This document shows positions 40,601 to 53,922 of a stretch of 64,000 nt of DNA, in pieces (the first letter of the stretch is position 1; each line of letters starts with the position of its first letter). The notes below the pieces were generated by a model. It saw nothing but the letters and a program-made list of their open reading frames with translations, was not told the DNA's origin and did no database searches. The DNA is from the human T2T-CHM13v2.0 reference genome, Homo sapiens. The DNA lies in the NCBI RefSeq assembly GCF_009914755.1, contig NC_060931.1. One strand, written 5' to 3'. The translations under genes and the position numbers were made by a program.

Positions 40601-42164
40601 ATAGCCACTTCCTTGAACAGAAGACTTGTGGAACAGGAAATTCTACCAGCTTTCAGAAAAAATTGACAATATTTGACTTTGTAAATGCATAAATACAATG
40701 TTTAATTAATTCTTTTAATCAAGTTAGAACATTCTAGTCAAACAAACATGACTCTAAAGTGTGACCTAATTACAATGCTACTGAGATGAACATAGCTCTA
40801 TAAGTGCCAAATATTGAAAATCTCAGTTTCTTATTTATTTGCTTGGATAAAATTTTTATTTCTATTTAAACTTTCAGAATTTCAGTCACTAAAAAACTTA
40901 TTCATATATAAAATGAAATCTCTTGTGTTACTAAAAAAGAGTATATCTACTGATTACCTCGCAACTATATTATACTACATGTAAGCTATACAACTTTATA
41001 AAGCATATATGCCCAGTAAGTATTTATATCTAAGGAATTTTCCATTGCAATTGCTATTGCACTTTAAAATTGCATACATATTTAAAAGCTTTTCTACTAA
41101 TTCAAAATTTAAAAGGTAATTTTTAAAGAGGTATCTAGGCCCTCCCCTAAAAAAATTGTGTGTGTAATTTATCAGTTTTTAAAAATTTAATAAGAAATTT
41201 GTTCTTATATATTTCTGACTTAAATAGATTTTTTCTTGCATTTAAATATCACTTTTTTAAAAAAACTAATAGTTGGGAATTATGCAAACAACATTTATAA
41301 CCATTTACTACACCTGTGTGGCTATATAAAGAAGTTTTCTATTCATTTTGTGTTATTACATTATATATATTTTTATTAAACTCATTTTGTTGTTAAGAAA
41401 AGTACCTTTAGCTAAGTTACAGATAAAGATAGCAATTTAATTGGGCTTGGCAAATAATGAAATATAATGTTCATCCTGTAGATAAGAAATTTTAAATAAA
41501 GTAAAACAGCAAAATGTCAAAACCAAACCAAATGGTGATACCTCATTTCTGCATTATATTCCCATAAATAATGTGGGAAAGAGAAGAAATGTAATACAGT
41601 ACATAAATCTTAATCCTTGGCTCATTCTTAGCTTTATCTTTTAGCATAATTAGGCCAAGTTTTAATTTTTTTAAAAATCTTTCTTAAATTGTATTATCTG
41701 CTGATGCTGTTACCAGCAATTCTCTTTCGTGTCAAAATAAAACATACTGTATTGGATAAAGCATCCCAAAGCCATACCACCTCACAACAGCCCAATCTAC
41801 ACCCTTCCTGCCCAACTCATCCAACCACTCACATCTTTAATTGTGATATTTGATCCCCAAGTCAAAGTTATAAAAAGAATGGTCAATTAGAAAAAAAATC
41901 TAAATCTCTTTGGGTTAGAGTCTTTGAAAACATGCCAACAGCTACTGGACACTTCTAGTTTTTACACACAATAGAAAACCATTACAGATCCAATAAAAGT
42001 CAGAGACATCCTTTATTTTCTGTTGTTTAAAAGCTTTACTGCATCTCTTATGAAGGGAACAGCTACCTTTAACATTAATTTGATGTCTATTTGCATGGAG
42101 CAGAATTGAGGGCACTTACTGAGAAGAATGAACCATAAGTGCTACATTCTCTGGTTGTATCACA

Positions 42165-42506
<342 letters not shown>

Positions 42507-43049
42507 TTACAAGCAAACAATATAAATAAAACAAGGTGAGTTCCCTGCTTCCCGAACTGCTTAAGCTGCACTGACCAGTTCTTTTCACCAAAAGTACCTG
42601 CCATTTTGAGTAAACTCATGTCAACTATTTGTTTTCTGACTCATAAAAAAAAATAATTTCTAATCTAGATTATTATGCTTCTACTGTGTATTTTTCTACA
42701 GATTGAAGATCTTTATATTTTGTTTCCAAAAGTATAATATCATAAATGTTGACAACTTTTCTAGGTCACCATTTAGGGAGGGAAAATACAGTGAAAGATG
42801 TTCTACTGCTTTTGGACTCCAAAACAGCTTAAGTTTGTATTAATTCCATCAAAGTATTCATCAGCGTTATGTACCAGAATCTGACAACTTGCTTTTGAAT
42901 TCCAACTCTAATATGGGAAAGATATCAAAAGAGAGATCTTAACCTTTCCCAGTCTCTTTTACGTCATTCATACATAATACTTAGCTCACACTGTTGTGAG
43001 GATGAAATTCAAGATAATGTATTACTTTTGCTCTACATAATAGTACTCG

Positions 43050-43437
43050 ACCATGCTTTTGGCTGCAAGTACCAAATTCCTAACTGACAACATTTTGAAC
43101 TTACATAGCAAGGAGCCTGAAGGTAGGTGGTGGCACACACAGGCTCAGTGACTCAGCACTATCAAGGTCACATCTCTGTTAGGCTCTTGGCCTTTTTCTC
43201 GTGTCTGTAAACTCGTGGTCACAAGATGGCTGCCTTATTTCCAATCATCACTTCAGTGTTCTCTAGCTAGTCTTCCCCCTAGATCTCATTACCTGGAACT
43301 ACATCAGATACTTAGCTTTAAGAGAAGCTAGAAAAATTAGCATTTATTGCACTTTCACAGCTTCTATAGTGAATGTGCCCAAGGGAAGGGATGGTGGGAA
43401 TGGGTGTTGGAAAAAAATAACCAACAGCATCTGCCAT
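43050..43437 (-). mobile_element. Old MaLR LTR (MLT1K/L-like), preceded by a probable MIR at about 42870-43050
   Basis: TTTTGGCTGCAAGTACC, GTCACAAGATGGCTGCC, ATCTCATTACCTGGAACT...AGAGAAGCTAGAAAA...CATCTGCCA. Confidence 0.55.
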
Positions 43438-43581
43438 ATTTCTTTGAAAAGCTTTGAACAGTATGTGAAGTAACGTTATTAAATTCTCTTGTAACAAAAT
43501 ATTTTGTTTTTATTCTACGTAGTGTACATTTATGCCTCTCCTGAAGCTGCTTACTTTATCAGCTTCCATAAGTCTCTCTGA

Positions 43582-45016
<1,435 letters not shown>

Positions 45017-46529
45017 AAAAGCAATTTCTTAAAATTTTAATTTGGTAATAATGTTGTTAATAAATAATTTACATACGGTATTTTCTTTAAATAACTATTC
45101 TATAATTAGTTGAATGTGGCAAGATGTCATGCCTGAGTCTGCAAAACCTGATTCCCTGCCTTGCGTGTTGCTTCTGCTGGGTCACACATGCTTGCTTAAT
45201 CTTTATTGCTATCTTCTGGAGGATTTGTTTTTATATGCAAATTGGTAATACCAGGCCAATACAACTCTTCTCTTAAAGGGATCCGGAGCCACAGGCCCTT
45301 TCAGTGTCTCAAAGCACTGAAAATAATAGATCAAATGTCATAACCACACGGGCTGTGGAGGCAGTGCACCTCAGAGAGCATCTTAGAAGTAACAGGAAAG
45401 CCAAATGTCCAGAAAAACAGCTCCCTATTTCCAAGCAGAGGCTTGTATTTTCACAGTTAAAGTTCCTCTTTATGGAAGCCTTCATGATATAAGGCTTTGA
45501 CCCACGCCAAACTTCAGGCACCACTGGAAATAGTAATATTTGAAACTAATTCAATCAATTCTATTTGAGCATAAATGAGTTTGGAATGCTTTCCTATTAT
45601 GATGAATGAGGTGCAGAGGTGAAGAACACAATACGTGAGTAACATGAATGTCACATCTCAGAGCATCACCCATTACTGCCCTGCTGCCCAAAAGGTATAC
45701 TCAAGAGGACCACAATTTGGGGCTGGAAATACCTAGGGAAGGTGAAACCGAACTGTGAATTCAAAGGGAATGACTAATATGGCAGCCAAGGAAGTATGGC
45801 AACCATGCTTTGTAAGCAGTTCACATGCAGGAATCCGATCGCAATCCATGGGGCATCCCATAAGACAAGCTGAACATTGCTAGGAAATCCACCGATGGCA
45901 ATGGTCAACTTTTATGTGAAAAGGCTAACAGCTAACACCAGAGAGGACTATCTGCAGAGGATAGCACTCCAGCCACCTAGCCAGGGCTTAAGAGTAGGCT
46001 GTAGCCTCTGAGTCCCAGGCTATTTTTGCAAGCTTATTCTGACAGAGAACAGACCTATGACAGTGCATCTCAACTTCCTTACATCTTGCTACAAAAAGAA
46101 AATCATGGTATTTTTATCCTGAGAAGAAATGGATGAAGCTACTCATAGCAAAGGCTCTGACCACGCACCACATCTGTAACCCTCTACCTCCACATGACAG
46201 ATAGGAAGCTCCAGTCTGCAGAAAAGTCTGAAGCTTGGTTCTCTAAATGTGGCCTAAAGACAGAGCCAGAGGGAAGGAAGTAAGAGGATCCTAAGGTTCA
46301 GACTCAGGGTTAGTGAGGGATCCAGTGTAACTGAGCTCTGCTTAGAAGGCAGATGGCTCTGATCATGCAAAGAAAAGACTTGAAGAGGACACTGAAATGA
46401 GCAGAGCAGGGGGAAAGAACAGGGAGCAAACAGGCTTGGGAAGTCAGAAAATTAAGCTTGCATAATTTTACCTAGGCTCAACAGTTGCAGTGTTCCCTTT
46501 AAAAAGAAAACATAATCATATTGTTCAAG

Positions 46530-46830
46530 CATTCATTCATGCAACAAATATCATTGAATCTGTACCACATGATTAATATAGTTTCAGCACTACAAATATA
46601 CCCATGGGCAAAACAAACACGATCAGGTCTCTAACCTACAAGCTTGAGTCTACTGAGGAAGCCTGATATTAAGTAGTAAGTTCAGATTTTTTTCTCACAC
46701 ATTATGGTAAGTACTATATGGGAAAAGAACTGGATACTTGCTCTGAGGGAGAACAATAAAACCAAGAAACTAAGTACTTTAGATTAAGAGATTAAAAGAT
46801 GACCTTTTGGAGGAAGGTATATTAAGGTAT
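46530..46830 (-). mobile_element. L2 LINE 3' end
   Basis: CATTCATTCATGCAACAAATATCATTGAATCTG..., the typical L2 tail in antisense. Confidence 0.65.
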
Positions 46831-48146
46831 TCTAAGAAGACGCAGTAAGAAAACATTAGCAATTCTTTTAAAATGCTTTAAATATAAACAAAGTTTATTA
46901 TTTATATATTATATATACATACAATATTATATATTGTTATGTGTGTAGTAATACATAGTAATATATACAGATGCAGGATTATTGTACAACAGCTAATGAC
47001 AGACAACTAAAGCCTAGTTAAAAAAAACTGCTTATACTATGAAATATGAAACACCATTACTGGACTCTTACTTTTCTTCTTATATAGAGTAACAGTTAAT
47101 ATTTCATAAAAATATTTAAAGACTCAAGAGAAAAAGAGGGAAAAGAAGTTGCCAGATTTTACTTCTAAATGTATATACTTTTATACCTATGTGTTTCTAC
47201 AAAAGAAATACTTAATCTTGGTTAATCTTTATGCAATCTTAATATATAACAGCTAATCTGACCAAATAAACTTAGATAGGCTTCACGTTCAAGGGCAGAG
47301 TTTTCAAGCTGATAAAAACATTCTGCGCACTAGTGGATGCACCTAGCTCTGAGAAGAATGTCAGTGTAATTGCAACTATTTATAGAATAAGCAGAGAAAT
47401 TCATTCTGCTATAATATACAGTCTAATTTAAAATGTAGTCAATTCCTAAAAGAGGGTAAAAATTCTAAACTTTGAAATGATGCAACAGGAGGCTAGTGGG
47501 CTAATTTTGCTTTTGTATACAAAAGTTTGTGAGCATCTAGAAGGAAATATAAAGGGGTGCTCTAAGTTGCTAGTTATGTATCATGTACAATTTGTGAAAA
47601 TCCACTCAGTGTACGTGAATGATTTGCATAAACTTTTCTGTTTGTATATTATATATCAATTAAAAGTGGCTCATTTGTTGTTTTTGTTTTGTTTTTAGTT
47701 TGAGGGGGAAAAATATCAAGTTCAGGGAAACTTTATCTGGGACACTAGAACAAACTCCTAAAAGGAAAGCTTGGAGTAACTTTCACAAAATTGGAAACTA
47801 GTTGGTAAGACAGTTCCAAGTATATTACTTATTGTAAATAAATATACAAGGTGCGATATACAAGAGGTGCACAAAAGCAAATAAAGTCAGAAATCACTGT
47901 ATTTACCTAAAAGAAAATTTCACTGTAACTGCAGCCTTTAAAAATCAGTGTCATCCTTTAACCTGTATTCTAATCATATTACAGCTTTATCTCACATATG
48001 GTCTTCATTTGCAACACCTGGAAAGTTTTATATTTGTGCTTTTGCAATTTCAATCACTGATGCCTACGGCAACTACTCATAAAACTGTAAACACTGCACT
48101 TGCCTCTTTCAGTTATAAATAAAGAAGAAAAGTAATCGGATGCTTA

Positions 48147-49772
48147 TGTCACAGGATTCTTAGGGTGTTTCTTTTCCAGCGGGAAAAGCTCTGTAACCGG
48201 TGGTGTCCTTGCCCGAGTTTTGCTTGAGCCTGCTGGGCTCATTCTGCCCACTCTGCCCGGCAGCCTGCGCTCACCTCATGCTACCAGCCCGGATCCCATG
48301 CCTGCTAAAGGTGAGCCACATGCAGAGTGGCGAGGGGTGTGTGGGTGAGCAAACGTGGGGTCCGGCCACTGTGCACAGCCAGGCACACTGGCTGCCGAGG
48401 GACACGCAGCTGTAGGCGCCAACACAGGTGTCGGCTCCCTGTGAAGCTGCGGCTGGACCAAGCATACTGCAAGCAGCTCCCGCTGCTGGCAATGGGGAAC
48501 GTGGTGGCGCCCAGAAGCTTGGAGACTATAGGAACCGCAGAGTCCCAAAGAGGGTGTCACAGCCCTGGCTCGGGGAGCTCCTAGATCTGAGCTCCCTGAA
48601 GGGCCACAGCTCCTCTCCTTCTCTCTTCTCTCCTTCTTGTCACTGCAAGGCGGTGGGCAAGGAGCCTGTTTCAGCCCTGTTTGTGTTACAGCTCTTTTAG
48701 TCCCACCATCCCACGGATCCCAACTTCTTCTCCCATGCCCAGGAAGAATGAGGTATGCAGACAACTGGAGGGTGAATAAGGTGAGGAGGTGGTTTATTGA
48801 GCGACAGTACAGCTCTCAGGAGACCTAAAGCGGGTAGCTCTTATCCGCAGGCAGGTAGTCCCAAAATCTGCTCAGGCCTCAGCTGAGAGGAGACCCACAG
48901 TGTGTAGCTCCACTCTACAGGCAGTCTGTCCTGATGTCTTGCTCAGCCCTCAGCTGAGAGGAGACCCACAACGGGTAGCTCCTCTCTACAGGCAGGTCAT
49001 CCTGGACATCTGCTCTACTCAAGTCTGGCTGAATCTGGGTGATTCTATGGGTTTCAGGTGGAAGGAAGGGTGTGCTGATTGGTTTATGAGTAGTCATGGG
49101 CAGGCTTGGAAAAAGCACCTTAAGTTCTCACTTCGGTGGGCAGAACTGGCAGCCCAGCCCTGAGACTTCGGGCCATCCCAGGCCCGAAGGTGGGGCTTCA
49201 CCAGGCAGCTGACCCTTTCTGCCCAGGAGCCTGTCTGCCTCCCACCCTCAACCTATGGCCACCAGCACCCAGGCTGTTTGTGACAAGGTGCCTGCAGGTC
49301 CACACCAAGCCACCCTCAGTCCCCCCTGGCCTCCCTCTTGTGCTCTTTTGCACCCAAAGTCCAGAAGGGGCCGAGGAAGCAAGAGACTGGCATGTCAGTG
49401 CTGCCCCTAGCATGCGCACACCCGGCCAAGTCATGACAGCACCAGCACTCAGCCTCAACTTTGCTCTGAAATCAGAAAGGGGAGAAGCCAGGCAGGGGAA
49501 GCAGGCATTTCCAAGCTTGCAGGGGCAGGGGGCCTTCCCAGGCCCCCAGGAGCACAGGAATACCAGGTTCGCAGCCACAGCTGAGTGGCAGCAGCCGCGC
49601 CGGGGAGGGAGGGGCTCCCGCCGCTCCAACTAGGAAGGGGTGGGGCTTCTGCCTGTTCCTGGCTCCTGCTGGCTCCACGGAGCGTGTAGCCCTGCGTAGC
49701 CCTGGCCCCACCTCCCCAGCTGCAGACAGTGTCTTTGCAGCAGCCATTTCAGATGGGCCGCGGGTGCCGACA
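48147..49772 (-). mobile_element. Solo ERV1 LTR, MER52-like (1.6 kb)
   Basis: TG...CA termini, 4-bp TSD CTTA (48143-48146 and 49773-49776), minus-strand AATAAA near 48793-48798, GC-rich with internal CTCAGCTGAGAGGAGACCCACA repeats. Confidence 0.88.
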
Positions 49773-50799
49773 CTTACTCCTCAAGCACAATGGAGAAAAA
49801 TCTGAAATTGCACTTACTCAATATTTATGAAACAATCTAAGTTAAATTTTAAAGCATTCATCTTTCTTGTGACCCATTTTGCTGTTCTTTTCTCTTTTTT
49901 TTATGTATTTCACAGATACTTTCAGACATGAAACAACTTCTTTCAAACAACTTCTTTCATCTTCTATTCTTACTCTTTTGAATATTTTCCATTTACTAAT
50001 ACATTTTCAAGATGTTAATCCACTTAAAATTTTGGATTTCCATGTCACAGATAATTATTTAAGAGTAAGACTCTTCTCCACTTTATCCCCCACCACCAAC
50101 TGATGCCATGAATTTTCCTGAGACACAGAAAATTGATGAATATTTTAATTAGTAGTTAATTCCCCTTTGAATGTGTAGCAGCTATGAAGTCCTAGGCAAG
50201 AACTGGGCCCAAATTTATCTCCTAAGTGATATATCATCACTCTTAGAAAACGTTTTAAGTAGTAACCTACGACATAAATTAAACAGATTACAGAAATCAT
50301 TTACTTGTGAAAAAAAGAAAAGTAAAAGGCAGAGTTTGTGTACTGTGGAAAATTACAGATTTCGACATCCATTATCGCTTTCATGAATGAAGCCTTAAAG
50401 TCATTGAAGAGAAAAAAAATTCCCTGAGTATTTTCTAATGTTGCTGTTTGTTCCAACAGTTGCTTCAGATCATACAATCAATCCTTCATTCACTTTGTTT
50501 GTGAAACTAGTTACTCATGGTCACTCAATTTCCTTCATATTGAATCCTAACAGAGGCATTGACCAGGACTATTGTTCTCAAAGGTTAAAATACCCCATGA
50601 ATGACTACGTCATTGCCAAAGTATGTCCAGGTCATGGAAACAAACTCAACAACATGGCCAAAGACTCCTGGAGGAGGGACGGAAGACCTGAATTTTGATC
50701 TGGTCTTTCTAACTAACTAAATGAGAAAAACTCAGCCAACTGTCCTATCTTGAGCCTCTGCCCTAAATATAGTTTTATAAATAAAAAAGCACTGTCTAA

Positions 50800-51030
50800 T
50801 GCAGGTTTTTCTTAGATGTGTTTCAAAGCACTAAACTGTTTCATTAAAATTTTGAGCAATTCTGAGATATACATCCCCTTCTTGGAGGTTCACAAGGAAC
50901 ATTATTAACATAGTAAAGTTTCTGAGAATTCCTGCAGTTCTGCTTAACTTTGTTCAACCCACACAAAATGTTTTACATGTTTTTGTAACCTAACACCCCT
51001 TACCCTCTGTGGAGCCTTCATTGAGAGTGC
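50800..51030. mobile_element. hAT-Charlie relic (Charlie4-like)
   Basis: AAAGTTTCTGAGAATTCCTGCAG...TTAACTTTGTTCAACCCA; similar to 13801-14060. Confidence 0.4.
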
Positions 51031-51401
51031 TGTACTGGTGATTTTCAAACTATGCTCTGTGGAATCCTTTTAGGGATTGCCAGAAAATGTGGTAAGAAGT
51101 GGAGAGCAGGAAGGTGGACAGGAAGCAGTCAGCAGGCAGGACTTTGGGACCCCAAACCCCAATTCAACCTTTTTACTCTGAGTACTCAAAATATAATATT
51201 CTTTCAATATAATAGATCCTTTAATCTTTAACAGATTTTTAATATATTTAATGAACTCTTTTAATCTATTTACTTTGAGGCCTCAAAATATAATATTCTA
51301 AAATTCTCTGACTTAGAAATGATTTATGTCTAGTATGAATTATCGTGCTGAGATTTTTATGAGATTTCACAGAAAAGCTCCACAGTGTTTCCAAGATAGT
51401 G

Positions 51402-51462
51402 TGTATTAGTCAGAGTTCTCTGGAGGGACAGAACGAATAAGATATATGTATAAATGAAAGGG
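51402..51462 (-). mobile_element. Short terminal fragment of an MLT2A (ERVL) LTR
   Basis: TGTATTAGTCAGAGTTCTCTGGAGGGACAGAACGAATAAGATA. Confidence 0.7.
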
Positions 51463-51475
51463 CACAATCGGTTCT

Positions 51476-51888
51476 TGCAGTAGGTTGAATTATTGCTCAT
51501 GATTATTCATTCCTGCCCAAACCTTGCTGTGCTTTCCTGGAGGCAGAATTTACTTCCTTGCCCCATTGATTGGGGCTTGGCCTTGTGACCCACTTTGGAC
51601 AGTGGAATGTGAGTGTCTTACGTGCTTTTGTTGACCTCTCTTCATGATGAGACAAGCATGCCCCAGCTAGTGGGTATTCATCATCCAAGGCCCAGGAATT
51701 AGACGACATGTGAAGCCCAGTGAGACCAACAAAAGTACAGTCAATCCACAGCCTTCTGGTAACATGAGCAAGAAATTAACGTTTATTGTTTATTGTAATA
51801 AACATAGAAAAGTAATAAAATTGTAATGTTTATTGTAAGCCTCTGAAATTTAGGGGTTGTTTGTTGACAGCAGAAGCTGATGGCTACA
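51476..51888 (+). mobile_element. Old MaLR LTR (MLT1I/J-like)
   Basis: CCCATTGATTGGGGCTTGGCCTTGTGACCCACTTTGG...GTAAGCCTCTGAAATTTAGGGGTTGTTTGTT...GCTGATGGCTACA. Confidence 0.7.
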
Positions 51889-53040
51889 ATTCTAAATCAA
51901 GGGTCTGCAATATTACCCTTGAATAACTTTAAACTAGAAAATAAGATCCAAGAAAGAAGATGCTGAATTTATTAAGTTTTGTGATTAACTTATACAACTA
52001 TGTTTAACATTCAATAATATTATCTTTTCTCTCTCTATGCCCAGATATCATTTTTCTCCCTCCAAGGATAAATGTTTTACTTTCCCATGATTCACAGAAC
52101 AATTAGAGGTTAACAACAATGCCAGTAAAATTCATTATACATAGTTTTCGACCAAGAGAATCAAAGCCGACACTACTTTGGGGTTGAGATTTAATGAGAA
52201 AAATTTTAATGTGTATTGTCTATGCCTATGATTGTTTATAGATCACTTAATCAGGTCAAAATTAAAACTCAGCTATGCTTAATCAAGTTGTAAATCAAAC
52301 AAGAGCCTTCCTACCAATACATATAAAAAGAAGGCCAGAAAAAAAAGCTATATTTATTTCATCCTAAAAATTAAATTGAAACCACATCCGCTAAACCAGG
52401 TACACAAGGAATGAGTAAACTTTTGCTTTACTCAAGTTCTTTAGATTTACAGGACGGTTATACAAAAACAGTGTCCCATAATGTATGGAATGACCATGGA
52501 ATGATTCCACTTAATAGAAAGTACAGTCAGAAAAACACTTAAGAGAAAAGTCTACCAGTAAGGTATCCATCTACTAGGAAATCAATAAGGAAAGGCTTAT
52601 GAAAGTAATCTGTTCTTACTGAGTTAACCATGCCCACAAAAGAGCCATAAAACCAGGAGCAAAATTATATAAAAACAGTAAGAGACAAAACAGTAGAAGG
52701 TAAAAATTTTCTAAGAACTGAATACTGATAATGAGTGTGATGCTTACAGTTTGTGATTCCTTTGAAAAATCATGAAAAAGGAATTTGTGATCCACATGGG
52801 AGAAATTTTTCTTACATAATTAAAAATAACATTAACTACTATTTATTAAGCACAGCAAATGGTTAAATGTAATCATGTAAGTAGGGCACAGCTATCTGGC
52901 ACAGTACACGGCATGCCCTTTGTATAGAAGAAGACAGGAAAACTCTAAGAGTTCAAGTCACATGTTCTCACAACTATTAAAAAGTGGATTTTTAAAAAAT
53001 CAACAAAATTGACAAGTCCTTAGCCAGATTAAGATTAAGA

Positions 53041-53106
53041 AGAGAGACAGAAAGAAAGAGACAGAGAGAGAGAGAAAGAGAGAGAGAGAGACGGAGAGAG
53101 AGAGAA
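53041..53106. repeat. (GA)n-rich microsatellite inside L1
   Basis: AGAGAGACAGAAAGAAAGAGACAGAGAGAG... seen directly. Confidence 0.85.
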
Positions 53107-53582
53107 GACTCTACTAAAATCAGAAATGAAAGAAGGGATAGTAAAAGCAATGTCACAGAAATAGAAAGGATTATAAGAGAATAGCATAAACAAATTAATA
53201 CCAACAAACTGGATAACTTAGAAGACATGGATAAGTTCCTAGAAATACACACCCTATGACGACTGAAGCATAAAGAAATAGAAAATCTGAACAGACATAT
53301 AAGTAGTAAGGAGGCTGGATGAATAATCAAAAGCTTCCTAATAAAGAAAAGCTCAAGACCCCATGGCTGCACCAGAGAATTCTACCAAACATTTAAAGAA
53401 TAATTAGCAATAATCCATTTCAAACTCTTCCAAAAAAAAAAAGTAAAGAAGGGATATGCCCAAACTCATTCTATGAGGCTACTATTACTCTGATACAAAA
53501 GCCAGAAAAACACACTACAAGAACAGAAAACTGTAAACCAATATTTCTGTTGCATATTAATGCAAAAATGCTCAACAAAATA

Positions 53583-53922
53583 CAGTCAGCTCACCTTATC
53601 CATGGATTCCACACCTACGGATTCAACAAACCATGGGTTGAAAATATTCAGAAAAGAAATATTCCACAGATTTCCAAAAGAACTAAACTTGTATTTGCCA
53701 CATGCTGGGTACTACATTGAATTCACACGAATGAAATGATGTTCAGGCATTGAATTAGGTATTGTAAATAATATAGAGATGATTTAAATTATATGGGAGG
53801 ATATGCATAGATCATATGCAAACACTATACAGCATTTTATTTAAGGCATTTGAGTATCTGCAAATTTTTGGTGTCTACAGAATTTCTGGAAACAGTCTCC
53901 CATATATACCAAGGGACTACTG
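53583..53922. mobile_element. Tigger3a/MER7-like TcMar-Tigger MITE
   Basis: Inserted at the L1 TA (AAAATA|...|TGCTAGCA); inverted termini CAGTCAGCTCACCTTATCC / ATACCAAGGGACTACTG; 340 bp. Confidence 0.85.

Noticed and set aside
48200-49747. Many overlapping 60-165 aa ORFs on both strands
   Set aside because: They result from stop-codon scarcity in the GC-rich MER52-like LTR; no protein family resemblance
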